This document shows positions 45,347-53,969 of a stretch of DNA of 64,000 nucleotides, in pieces. The position numbers were made by a program, and so were the translations under genes. How positions within the stretch are numbered: the first letter of the stretch is position 1; every line of letters begins with the position of its first letter. A model generated the notes under the pieces. That model was given only the letters and a program-made list of their open reading frames with translations. It searched no databases and was not told where the DNA came from. The stretch comes from Candidatus Woesearchaeota archaeon (lineage in GTDB: Archaea > Nanobdellota > Nanobdellia > Woesearchaeales > JACPIF01), in contig JACPIF010000003.1 of NCBI GenBank assembly GCA_016188215.1, positions 35,388 to 99,387 of the forward strand. Reading direction: 5' to 3'.

Positions 45347-45526
45347 CTAGCTTTTCTTGAACCTCCGGTTATACTCTGCAAGGAAACCCTTTTCTGATAA
45401 GTATGCAATCAGGATATTCTTCACTTTCTCCGCATCTTTCGTTCCCAGCCCGTACAGGCTGCTCAGTATCCTTGCCTGCTCCTTGTCAATTGAGATAGAG
45501 ACCCGTTTAGTCACGCAGCATGCCAC
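45347..45526 (-). CDS. ribbon-helix-helix (CopG/antitoxin-like) protein, GTG start (about 59 aa)
   Basis: 'VTKRVSISIDKEQARILSSLYGLGTKDAEKVKNILIAYLSEKG' is a classic RHH beta-strand plus two helices. There is no in-frame ATG, so a GTG start is required. The direct repeats ATTGTTACAAAT (x2) lie upstream. Confidence 0.45.
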   Translation of the reverse strand: MACCVTKRVSISIDKEQARILSSLYGLGTKDAEKVKNILIAYLSEKGFLAEYNRRFKKS

Positions 45527-45637
45527 CTAGCAGGATATTGCACTATTTGCACTAATTTGTAACAATTTATAGTCAATTTAGTTACGGATTTGTAACAAGA
45601 AGTATATAAAGCTTTCTACAAGCAGAATAAAGCAGAA

Positions 45638-46498
45638 TCAGAAGTTCTGCTTCCTCAATCTACCAATCTCCTCAACCATATCGCTCGCTAGAAAACTATA
45701 CCCTTTTTTCTTTTTCAATAATTGGTCGCCAATCATCCCATTGTAATACGCAGCATTGATAGCTGCCTGCAATAAGTTCCTTTTCTTGTCCTGCGCCAGG
45801 AACCCTGCGCATAATCCCGCCAGTACGTCTCCTGTTCCTGCTTTAGTCATTCCTGGATTGCCTGTTTTGTTGGCAAAAACTTTTCCTGCGGCAATGATAT
45901 AATCAACAGCTCCCTTAACGACAAGCACATTATTCCCGATGTATTTTTGCTTGCTTAACTCTTTCACTTTAGCTTCCATTGTCTTAAGCGCATTAATCTT
46001 CCCGCAGCCGGAATTCTGCAGCAGGTTCTCAAGCTCGTTATGATGCGGCGTGAGGATTGTATTCCTCAATTCGCCCAGGTTTACCATCCTGAGTGCATCT
46101 GCGTCCAGCACCAGCGGCTTGCGTATCTTTCCAATCAGGAAATTAACAAGTTTGCTGGTCTCAGGGTGCAGGCCGAGCCCGTTGCCTATCAGCACAACGT
46201 CATGCCGTTCAGCTTCTTTAAGGATTATAGGCGCATGCTCCAGGCCGATATGCTCTCCTTTCAGCTTAAGGGTGATCAAGTCAAGAGAAAACGCATTAAT
46301 TGCCCATGCAACCTTTTCAGGCGCAGCTATCCTCACCAAATCACATCCGCTCCTTAGCGCAGCCGCTCCAGCAAGTGCAATAGCCCCTGTATATTCCCTG
46401 CTTCCTCCTATGCAGAAAACATAGCCTCCATCACCTTTATGGCTTGGTTTCGGCCGCTTTGGAATCTTTAGGAGCTTCTTAGTTATGAGTTTAGGCAT
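45638..46498 (-). CDS. ADP-dependent NAD(P)H-hydrate dehydratase (YjeF C-terminal domain / carbohydrate-kinase fold)
   Basis: 'GAIALAGAAALRSGCDLV', 'LVLDADAL', 'ILTPHHNE', 'KAGTGDVLAGLCAGFLAQ'. Confidence 0.85.
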   Translation of the reverse strand: MPKLITKKLLKIPKRPKPSHKGDGGYVFCIGGSREYTGAIALAGAAALRSGCDLVRIAAPEKVAWAINAFSLDLITLKLKGEHIGLEHAPIILKEAERHDVVLIGNGLGLHPETSKLVNFLIGKIRKPLVLDADALRMVNLGELRNTILTPHHNELENLLQNSGCGKINALKTMEAKVKELSKQKYIGNNVLVVKGAVDYIIAAGKVFANKTGNPGMTKAGTGDVLAGLCAGFLAQDKKRNLLQAAINAAYYNGMIGDQLLKKKKGYSFLASDMVEEIGRLRKQNF

Positions 46499-46546
46499 CG
46501 ATTGGCAGATAGGTTTAATGGGCTTTTATACTTTACCTTTAACACT

Positions 46547-47461
46547 TTACTTTCCTGGCTGCGGCCTTTTCAGCAGCTTGTCATATTCCGATTTGATGAC
46601 ATCCCCAATCTCCTTGGGCTGCGGGCCAGTCTCCAGCGGGAAAGGTGACTGCTGGATAGTCTGCCGCTCCGGCTGCATTGCAGCATCTGGATCAATCCTT
46701 TGTTTCTTCATTTCTTCTGGCATAAATGCCCTTTGCTCAGGCGTAGTTGGAAATGGGGCATAGTGCACCTTTTGCTTTTCAAGAGTTAATCCTTGTTTTA
46801 CAAATTGTTCGCTTGGCTTGACTATCTCTTCAGGGTGCGGAATTTTATCATCCCTTGTCATGAATCTTGTATCAAATTGTGGGATAGGTGCAGGTTTTTT
46901 TAAGGGTTGACCTTCTGCAAGCTGGTGGTCCATAGTGTCTGGATGGAAAGGCAATCCGGGCATTGGTGTCATGGGAGGCTTTACTGGCCCTGTCCCGTCA
47001 ATTTGTTTTTCCTGAGATGTCTTTGCCTCTGCCTTCTGCCTTGTCTGCTCCTCAAGAGCTTTCTTTGCCTCGTATGGCTCAGGGCTTTGCTTGTATCCCG
47101 CAGGCGCTGTCTCAACTCTGTATCCCTTCTGATTCTCACTGCCTTGTGGAGCAGGCGCTGTCCGCGGCTCATCTATTCCAACATTCTCCTGCATCTTCTC
47201 AAATGCTCCTGGTGCCTCGCCTGGAATTCCTTCGCCTGGAATCCTGGTCTCTGTAGATACATCCACCTGCATGGAAAACCCTGCTTTCTGCTTGACTTTC
47301 CGTATGGCAGTGGAAACATCGCCCTTTTCTGAAGGCTTGGCGCGCGGCAATGCCTTCAGAAATTTAGATTTTGTCCTGCCTCCAAAAGACTTCTCAAGAG
47401 CTCTAGCTTTTTCTTTCAAGCCCTTTTTAGCCAATGTTTTCCTTATTGTTGCCATAGTCAA
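46547..47461 (-). CDS. hypothetical Pro/Gln/Lys-rich low-complexity protein (304 aa)
   Basis: ORF. Confidence 0.45.
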   Translation of the reverse strand: MTMATIRKTLAKKGLKEKARALEKSFGGRTKSKFLKALPRAKPSEKGDVSTAIRKVKQKAGFSMQVDVSTETRIPGEGIPGEAPGAFEKMQENVGIDEPRTAPAPQGSENQKGYRVETAPAGYKQSPEPYEAKKALEEQTRQKAEAKTSQEKQIDGTGPVKPPMTPMPGLPFHPDTMDHQLAEGQPLKKPAPIPQFDTRFMTRDDKIPHPEEIVKPSEQFVKQGLTLEKQKVHYAPFPTTPEQRAFMPEEMKKQRIDPDAAMQPERQTIQQSPFPLETGPQPKEIGDVIKSEYDKLLKRPQPGK

Positions 47462-47526
47462 AAGAAATCTTATTTAACCTAATCCCCTGGCTTTTTTAAA
47501 ATTAGTGATGCACAAATTCAGGGAGT

Positions 47527-48066
47527 TCAGAGAAGTGTTGCGTACGCATCCTGCTCCTTTTGGTATGAGAAAGAATAGCTGAGATACTGGTCGCTGTATA
47601 TATCCCTCAGCGAGAAGAATTCCGCAATATTGTTCAATATCTTTTTTATGACATCTGTTTCCCAGTAGGCTTTTATCGGCTTCAGCGGCTGCAGCGGGTT
47701 GAGACGTTCCCCTGCTGCCTTGTCAAATGCCACCTGCTCCTCTGCAGGCCCTTTCAGCTCCCATACCTTTTGCTTTATTGGGATACTGATAGAATAATGG
47801 TAATGCACCTGCCTTGGCTTTTGAACGTATTGCTGTTTAAGCTCATCTATCTTTTCAATGGCCTGCGGTGTCTCAGTTTCATGCGCAATATGCACTGCAT
47901 CCGCTACAAGCTTCTGCTCCAGATCCTGCTTAGATTCATTGCCTGCGCTGAATTGCCGGGCGCATGCCTCGCTGCAGAACTTATTCTCATCAAAGAATAC
48001 TCTTCTAAGTACTGTAAATGGGTTTGCTGAACGCCTAATAGGCTTGTTACAGGTTTTGCATCTCAT
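47527..48066 (-). CDS. zinc-ribbon protein (179 aa)
   Basis: N-terminal 'CKTCNK...CSEAC'. Confidence 0.55.
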   Translation of the reverse strand: MRCKTCNKPIRRSANPFTVLRRVFFDENKFCSEACARQFSAGNESKQDLEQKLVADAVHIAHETETPQAIEKIDELKQQYVQKPRQVHYHYSISIPIKQKVWELKGPAEEQVAFDKAAGERLNPLQPLKPIKAYWETDVIKKILNNIAEFFSLRDIYSDQYLSYSFSYQKEQDAYATLL

Positions 48067-48132
48067 TTTAGTGCATTCAGAATATACATTAATAGGTATA
48101 AGGCTTTTTAAAATTAAGTATACATAAATATA

Positions 48133-48930
48133 CTACTTTTCAAAAGAGCAATCTCCTGGCGGCAGGGCTGCCATTATATCATCCAGGCTTATTTTTTGCT
48201 TGGTGTGCTGCTCAATCATTTTCTGCAGTTTCTTGGCAGCATCGCTCTTTTTTAGCCTGCCCGGCTTTACTGTCACAAAATACGCGCAATGCTTCCTGCA
48301 GGCGCTTTCAGCAGCAGCCATCACCTTCCCTGCTTCAGTGACTCCTACGCTTATCTTAACGTCTGCAAACATCTTGTTTTTCTTGCCGTATATCATAAAT
48401 GCCCCTTTCCCGATGTATTCTCCGGAAGGCGCATCTTTGCTGACCTGCTCCGGATTCACATGGTATACCTCTAGGTTAGAAAGCTCAAGTTTCCATGCCC
48501 GCGAATTAGCTGCACAAAACACAGCAGTCTCTTGCAGTGTCTGCTCCCCAACCTGCTTTCCTTCAGCCTTGATTATGCAAAAAGGAGAGCCTGTAATGTC
48601 TGCATGAAAGATAATATCCGTTGGATCAACATGCTTCTTGACAAGAATATCATTAGTTGTAGCATCCCTGCCGCCCAGCACCATGAACCCCTCGCTTGAG
48701 ATAAACCATCTGAACTTCTCATACCACTCTTTTTTCTGTTTTGCAGCCCTCTTTTGCAGCTCTTCCTGCTCCTCAAAAGTGGCCTTGCGCTGCAGCTGCT
48801 CCAATTTCTTCTGGTGCATGGCTAATGCTTCACGCGCACCCGCTGCCTTCTTCCGCGCCTTCTTCGCCTTCTCAAAATAATAGGCGGCATTCTGCTCCAC
48901 AGTCTTGTTGATGTCCAGCCAGAGCCTCAT
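48133..48930 (-). CDS. NFACT-R/DUF814-domain RNA-binding protein (265 aa)
   Basis: 'FMVLGGRDATTNDILVKKHVDPTDIIFHADITGSPFCII' matches the G(R/K)na.eNd.L...DiwfHa..gs.hv core. Confidence 0.7.
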   Translation of the reverse strand: MRLWLDINKTVEQNAAYYFEKAKKARKKAAGAREALAMHQKKLEQLQRKATFEEQEELQKRAAKQKKEWYEKFRWFISSEGFMVLGGRDATTNDILVKKHVDPTDIIFHADITGSPFCIIKAEGKQVGEQTLQETAVFCAANSRAWKLELSNLEVYHVNPEQVSKDAPSGEYIGKGAFMIYGKKNKMFADVKISVGVTEAGKVMAAAESACRKHCAYFVTVKPGRLKKSDAAKKLQKMIEQHTKQKISLDDIMAALPPGDCSFEK

Positions 48931-49002
48931 GGTGTATGTGAAATTGTCTTACGTATTAAAACTTTCTTACTGCTAATTTGCAACTGATCATACTGTATAT
49001 CC

Positions 49003-49082
49003 ATGTCCCCGTTTCCGGAAGTCAATTTGCTGTACGGGGACCACTCGCCCAGTGAGACGAGATTTATCTCGTCTCAAGTCAA
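49003..49082. repeat. modular intergenic hairpin repeat, copy E
   Basis: Core 'atgtccccgtttccggaagtcaatttgctgtacggggac' with an extended 8-bp stem; hairpin gagacgag-atttatc-ctcgtctc, a compensatory variant (C-G to A-T) of cagccgag-atttatc-ctcggctg. Confidence 0.75.
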
Positions 49083-49138
49083 GCACCAAAAATTTAGTTT
49101 TAATTACCTCTCGAAATCCTTACTAAAACATCTAGAAA

Positions 49139-49149
49139 CATATATAAAA
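49139..49149 (+). promoter_or_regulatory. TATA box for the 49173 gene
   Basis: 'catatataaaa' centred about 29 bp upstream of the ATG. Confidence 0.5.
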
Positions 49150-49172
49150 CCCATATTCAAGTATATCTCCCA

Positions 49173-51662
49173 ATGGTAACCACAAAATTCCAAAAGGAAT
49201 TTTGGGTCCCGAAAATCAGGAGATTTTCGTGGAAAAGAGGAGGTAGGCAGTCTCAGCTAGCTGTGCATCCGATTATGTTTCTCTATATTGCATTTGGCTT
49301 TGCAATAGCAGCCCTGGCTGGCGTCAAGATATACAATTACGTGCAGGACAGTCAATGCAGGACTGCCCTCATCACTCTGAAGAGCAATGTTGATTCAGAT
49401 TTCACTGAGATTGCTTCACGGCAGGGCTCAGTCATGGAGCGTTCTTATACCTATTCCTGCGACACCGATGCGATCTACTTTGTGGATGCTGCCCAGAACA
49501 TTCCCCAGGATGCATTTAACCAGAGTGCTGAGATCCAGAACAGCCTTTTCGGCAGCACGACAGATAACCTCTTTATCCTTCGGAAAGGTAGGTTATTTGC
49601 CTCTTTCAACATAGGCCAACTCTCATTGCGCCATCCGTATTACCAGTGCTTCAACACGACTGGAGTAAAGAGGCTTGAGCTTCTTATCCAGGGTGAGGGA
49701 AACGGTGTTTCATTGTCACATACAGAGAAATACAAAAGCACAGGATATGACTGCACTGATTACAGCCTTCCGGAAGAGATTGCAGTACAGCCGGGCGCTG
49801 ATAAGGCAAGCAGCATCATAGGAAACTCAGCAGAATACCTGGCACGAAGCTACGGATTGGATGCAAGGACAGCATTTGAGCGTTTTAATGAGACAGAGGA
49901 GCGTGTAGAGATTGACCGGGAATTCCAAAAATTAGAGACAGGCACTAAAGTCAAGATAAAGATACGCCCGAAGAACCGCAAGGTTATTGACAATTTCATC
50001 TACATAGAGGACATCCCAAAAGCATGCCTGAGCTTCCTGACAGATTATGAGATTGAGGATCAAGGCGAGGTAGTCACTGCAGACCCTGTAATAGCATGGC
50101 ACTTCGCTTCAATAGAGGGCAGGCAGGAGGCAAGTTATTTCATACCTGATATTGAGCTTAAGGAGCGCTGCAAGGAACTGATTGATGGTGTAGGCCTGGC
50201 TGAGAACTTTGTAGATTCAAAAGAGGCAATCAATAATGACCCGCCAATCCTCGCCCTGCCTGACCTGTTCCTTTCAGAAGATGATGCATTGACAACAGAC
50301 CTAGCTCCATATATTTCTGACCCTGATAACCTAAAGAAAGAACTGAGGGTGAGCATAGCATCCCCTGCAAACCTTCGTGCAGAGCTTGACGGATTCATCC
50401 TGGTGCTGACTCCAAATCCGGATTGGAATGGTGCTGAAAAGCTTTATATCACTGTGCAGGACCAGGCGCAGGCGACAGTCCAGGCAATAACTGCTACAGT
50501 CCATCCGGTAAATGATGGGCCAGTGATAACTTCAACACCCCTTACTCAGGCTGTCCAATACCAGCAGTATAACTATCAGGTGACTGCCACTGACCTTGAG
50601 GCTGAGATAGAGCATGACATCCTTAAATACGCCTTGCTGGAATATCCTGCAGGGATGTCAATTGATGAAGCAGGATTAATTAGTTTCATTCCACAGCAGT
50701 CAGGGGAATTTACTGTAAAAGTGCAGGTTTCCGATAGGGGGACTTCAGCAGTCCAGCAATACACGCTTAATGTTCAGCACATAAACAAGGCTCCCCAGTT
50801 TGCAGCGCTGCCTGCAGTCTCATTGCAGGGTCTGGGAACAAATGATAACGGCGGCAGGGATAATGTTATAGCAAACCTCTGGGTGTTTGTTTCAGACGAT
50901 AATGATCCCAAAACTTTCACTTATTCAATAATCGCGCAGACCAATCCTGGGCTGGTATCCTGCTATGTTGATTCTATAAACAATCTTGACTGTGTTGTTA
51001 AGAAAAATGAGGATGGCTATTCAGACATCTCAATCAGCGCTTATGACGGGCAGTACAGCGCTTATACGACAGTGAGGGCAACTGTGAAGACAGTTCAAGT
51101 CCAGCAGGTTCAGCCTCCACCCACGCCTCCTCCCCCGCAGCCTGCGCAACAACCGCAGCCTGAACCTCAGCCCCAGACACAGCCCCAGCAAGAACCTGAG
51201 CCGCCTCCTCCAGAGCCTCCCCAGTCTTCTGCTTATTCCACAAAGATTATTAGTGGGGATAACCCCAAATGCGATTCTGGAGAAACTATAAGGAAATACT
51301 GGGCAAGCACCACCTGTTTTGACTCAGTCAATTGCAATACCTGCTCAACTGCTGCGGGATGGAGCGCTGACGCGCCAATATGCTTGTATGGAGGTTACCA
51401 CAAGAAAAAGTGTGGGGCCCCAGAGCTAACCTGCAAGGCAAATACCTGGACACAGGTTGAATGCTCATGCACAGGCAAGCCTGTAAGGCGGTGCGAGGGC
51501 AATAATGTATACGATACTGATAGCTGCGGGACAAGCTCGCTCATTAAATACTGCGGTGATTTGAAATGCCTGAGCGGCAGATGCTGCTATAAAAAGACAA
51601 AAGAGAATTGCCAGTGGTGGAAATGGCTCTTTGGCCAATGCTCAGAATGGGTGTGCCCATGA
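49173..51662 (+). CDS. membrane-anchored surface protein (829 aa) with a PQ-rich linker and a Cys-rich C-terminal domain
   Basis: N-terminal TM helix; paralogy of residues 60-200 with the next gene; 'PPPTPPPPQPAQQPQPEPQPQTQPQQEPEPPPPEPP' linker; 22 Cys in the last 140 aa. Confidence 0.8.
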   Translation: MVTTKFQKEFWVPKIRRFSWKRGGRQSQLAVHPIMFLYIAFGFAIAALAGVKIYNYVQDSQCRTALITLKSNVDSDFTEIASRQGSVMERSYTYSCDTDAIYFVDAAQNIPQDAFNQSAEIQNSLFGSTTDNLFILRKGRLFASFNIGQLSLRHPYYQCFNTTGVKRLELLIQGEGNGVSLSHTEKYKSTGYDCTDYSLPEEIAVQPGADKASSIIGNSAEYLARSYGLDARTAFERFNETEERVEIDREFQKLETGTKVKIKIRPKNRKVIDNFIYIEDIPKACLSFLTDYEIEDQGEVVTADPVIAWHFASIEGRQEASYFIPDIELKERCKELIDGVGLAENFVDSKEAINNDPPILALPDLFLSEDDALTTDLAPYISDPDNLKKELRVSIASPANLRAELDGFILVLTPNPDWNGAEKLYITVQDQAQATVQAITATVHPVNDGPVITSTPLTQAVQYQQYNYQVTATDLEAEIEHDILKYALLEYPAGMSIDEAGLISFIPQQSGEFTVKVQVSDRGTSAVQQYTLNVQHINKAPQFAALPAVSLQGLGTNDNGGRDNVIANLWVFVSDDNDPKTFTYSIIAQTNPGLVSCYVDSINNLDCVVKKNEDGYSDISISAYDGQYSAYTTVRATVKTVQVQQVQPPPTPPPPQPAQQPQPEPQPQTQPQQEPEPPPPEPPQSSAYSTKIISGDNPKCDSGETIRKYWASTTCFDSVNCNTCSTAAGWSADAPICLYGGYHKKKCGAPELTCKANTWTQVECSCTGKPVRRCEGNNVYDTDSCGTSSLIKYCGDLKCLSGRCCYKKTKENCQWWKWLFGQCSEWVCP

Positions 51663-52990
51663 GAAAAGCCCAGCTTATGTCGCAGCCCATGAATTTCATC
51701 TTTGCACTGGTGATACTAGGCTCTATCGCCATCATAGGCTACAAGGCTGTGAGTTTCTTCACTGACAAGGGCTGCGATTCAAAGCTGCTCAGCATGCAGA
51801 TTGACCTTTCTGAAGCAACACAGCAGCAGGCATCATTCACAGGCAGCAGGAAAGAAAAGACTTATGGCCTCTGCGACCTGGAGAGGCTATACCTGATTGA
51901 CGCATCCAAAGATGTGAGCTTCTCAGAATTCCAGGAATATCCGACTATTGTAAATGCGCTGAAAGGCAAGCTCCAGAAAAATATGTTCCTTGTAGAGCAG
52001 CGGCAGGTGGCGAAAGACCTCTATATCCCGAACCTTGACCTCGGCACACCCTATTACTTATGCTTAAGGCCGCGCAACAACAAGGTTGAGCTTGTCCTTG
52101 AGGGAAAAGGAAGCGGCACAAGGGTATATCCCAAATCAGGATTGTATGACTGCACGTTCAATGCAACGCCTATTGAGCTGACAAGCCAGGACCTTGACGA
52201 GCTGCTGGCTGACATCCAGAGCGAGATAAATATAGGCGATAATGAGGTCATTGATCCAAATGATGCGTGCCTGAGCCGCAGCATCGTGGAAAGCAACACC
52301 TCTGACAGGACAAGGGTTACCATACGTAAATGCCAGGGAAATTTCAGGTTTGTAGAGCAGATCCCTAAATGCGCTGTTGAAGAGCTAAAACGCTCTATGG
52401 AGCGCGGCGATATAATATTCTCAGAGCCGCCTTCCATCCTTGAAGCAGATCCCCTTATCATGTGGGAATTCTCAGGCTCAGGTGACGAGGAAAAATATTA
52501 CGAGATCAAGAAGCGGATTGAGGAAAGCTGCAAGACTCAGTTCAAGGGCGTTGGCGTGAAAGGAAAGAAGGAAGATGCTGGCGTCAACAGGAAGCCGGGA
52601 AAGAACGTGAGCCAGCGGCCGATAGACCTGCGGGTGGCATACATTACTGATATTGGCCACCAGCGCAGCGAAGATGCCCTGGACAAGGTAATGGCGCAGG
52701 ATGATGATGAGGAAAGCGTTGATGTAAACGAGTTATTGCACGTTGAATTTGAAAAAGGCCTGGGAAATAGGGCTGCGGTCCGGGTATATGCGCGCTGCGA
52801 GCCTTCAGGAATCATTTATTTAGGCTCTGAGAAGCTAGGCACGCTGCTTGCGACTGCCTCCTGCGATGACAAGTTTAGGATGATTGAGCTTACTATCAAT
52901 GCGCGTGATTTCTCAGGCAATGTCTTTGATTTAGGGACTACTCTGCCGGTAAGGAAAGTTGAGTATGATTATGTTGATATTAAAAAATAG
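51659..52990 (+). CDS. membrane-anchored surface protein (about 443 aa), paralog of the N-terminal half of 49173..51662
   Basis: 'PYYLCL...VELVLEGKGSGT' versus 'PYYQCF...LELLIQGEGNGV'. The start is assigned to the ATG at 51659, which forms an ATGA overlap with the upstream stop. Confidence 0.75.
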   Translation: MRKAQLMSQPMNFIFALVILGSIAIIGYKAVSFFTDKGCDSKLLSMQIDLSEATQQQASFTGSRKEKTYGLCDLERLYLIDASKDVSFSEFQEYPTIVNALKGKLQKNMFLVEQRQVAKDLYIPNLDLGTPYYLCLRPRNNKVELVLEGKGSGTRVYPKSGLYDCTFNATPIELTSQDLDELLADIQSEINIGDNEVIDPNDACLSRSIVESNTSDRTRVTIRKCQGNFRFVEQIPKCAVEELKRSMERGDIIFSEPPSILEADPLIMWEFSGSGDEEKYYEIKKRIEESCKTQFKGVGVKGKKEDAGVNRKPGKNVSQRPIDLRVAYITDIGHQRSEDALDKVMAQDDDEESVDVNELLHVEFEKGLGNRAAVRVYARCEPSGIIYLGSEKLGTLLATASCDDKFRMIELTINARDFSGNVFDLGTTLPVRKVEYDYVDIKK

Positions 52991-53040
52991 AAAAGTTTAT
53001 ATATTATATATATTTATTAGACATATAGACTTATATAACA

Positions 53041-53301
53041 ATGGCAAAAATATTGCACTATCCAAACTTAAAGACTGTACTTCAAGTAGAAAAAGTGCTG
53101 CAAGCTGCAGATACTGTTATCTCCAAGAATGAACTGAAGAGAAGATTGCCAACCAAAATAATGCACCAGACATTAAATCTTATCCTTGACTATTTAGAGG
53201 ATAGCGGAAAAATAGTAACAGGTTCAAAAGGGATAACTTGGATCCAAAACGATAATCCCAAACTAAGGAAACTTCTGGCAAGAGCAGTGAGAGTGGCTTG
53301 A
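53041..53301 (+). CDS. small winged-helix protein (86 aa), putative antitoxin
   Basis: It precedes the RelE/ParE-like ORF and overlaps it by ATGA; 'cttatataa' lies just upstream. Confidence 0.5.
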   Translation: MAKILHYPNLKTVLQVEKVLQAADTVISKNELKRRLPTKIMHQTLNLILDYLEDSGKIVTGSKGITWIQNDNPKLRKLLARAVRVA

Positions 53302-53669
53302 TGAAAGAGGTATGGGTTGAATTCTCCGAAGAATCAAATATAGATTACCTTGAATTACAGAAACAAGTTTTATTGGAAAAAGAGCAAGGGAGGGAAAATT
53401 CATTTAACCTGCAGTTGCTTAAGGCGGTAGAGCGGGAAAAGAGCAATCTAAAGATAGATCCGCAACATGGAACCCATATCCCAAGAAGGAACATACCTAA
53501 AAGCTTGATTGATAAATATGGCACTGATAGATTGTGGAAGATTGATTTAGTGGGTTATTGGAGATTACTATACACAATTACAGGTGACGAAGTTAAGATT
53601 ATTGCGTTTGTTCTTGAATTTATGGACCATAAGAAATATGATAAGCTATTTGGGTACAGGAAAAAATAA
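53298..53669 (+). CDS. RelE/ParE-superfamily toxin-like protein (123 aa)
   Basis: C-terminal 'LWKIDLVGYWRLLYTITGDEVKIIAFVLEFMDHKKY' fits the RelE L.g..W..R.g.YR.iY.i....v.I...g.H...Y pattern. Confidence 0.5.
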   Translation: MMKEVWVEFSEESNIDYLELQKQVLLEKEQGRENSFNLQLLKAVEREKSNLKIDPQHGTHIPRRNIPKSLIDKYGTDRLWKIDLVGYWRLLYTITGDEVKIIAFVLEFMDHKKYDKLFGYRKK

Positions 53670-53969
53670 TTATCTTTTCTTCCTCACGGTAACGTGCCGC
53701 ATAGGCTCATGCTCTTTTCTTATGCCGTGTAACCATGCCCTCAGGTCCTTTGAGAAGAAAAAGCTAAGCAGCAGGGCATAGGCCAGCATGAATCCCAGCA
53801 GGCTGAGCACGAAAAACGAATTGTCGCGAACCGGCGCAAGCCTTATCCCTGATGCCCCTATGGTTATAGCCTCTTCATTGAATAAAGGGACGAGCAGCAC
53901 CAGCGCAATAACTAAAGGGATAGAGGCTATCGTCATCCTGGTGCTTTGATTGTAGTTGAAGTCCAGCAT
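53670..53969 (-). CDS. small membrane protein (99 aa)
   Basis: Two hydrophobic helices. Confidence 0.4.
   Translation of the reverse strand: MLDFNYNQSTRMTIASIPLVIALVLLVPLFNEEAITIGASGIRLAPVRDNSFFVLSLLGFMLAYALLLSFFFSKDLRAWLHGIRKEHEPMRHVTVRKKR

Noticed and set aside
46040-48880. Plus-strand ORFs overlapping 45638..46498, 46547..47461, 47527..48066 and 48133..48930
   Set aside because: They lie antisense to genes with recognisable domains (YjeF-C, NFACT-R) or long ORFs. They are reading-frame artefacts.
51115-51230. Nucleotide-level CAGCC/CCTCC repetition
   Set aside because: It encodes the Pro/Gln-rich linker of 49173..51662. It is not a non-coding repeat or a CRISPR-like array.
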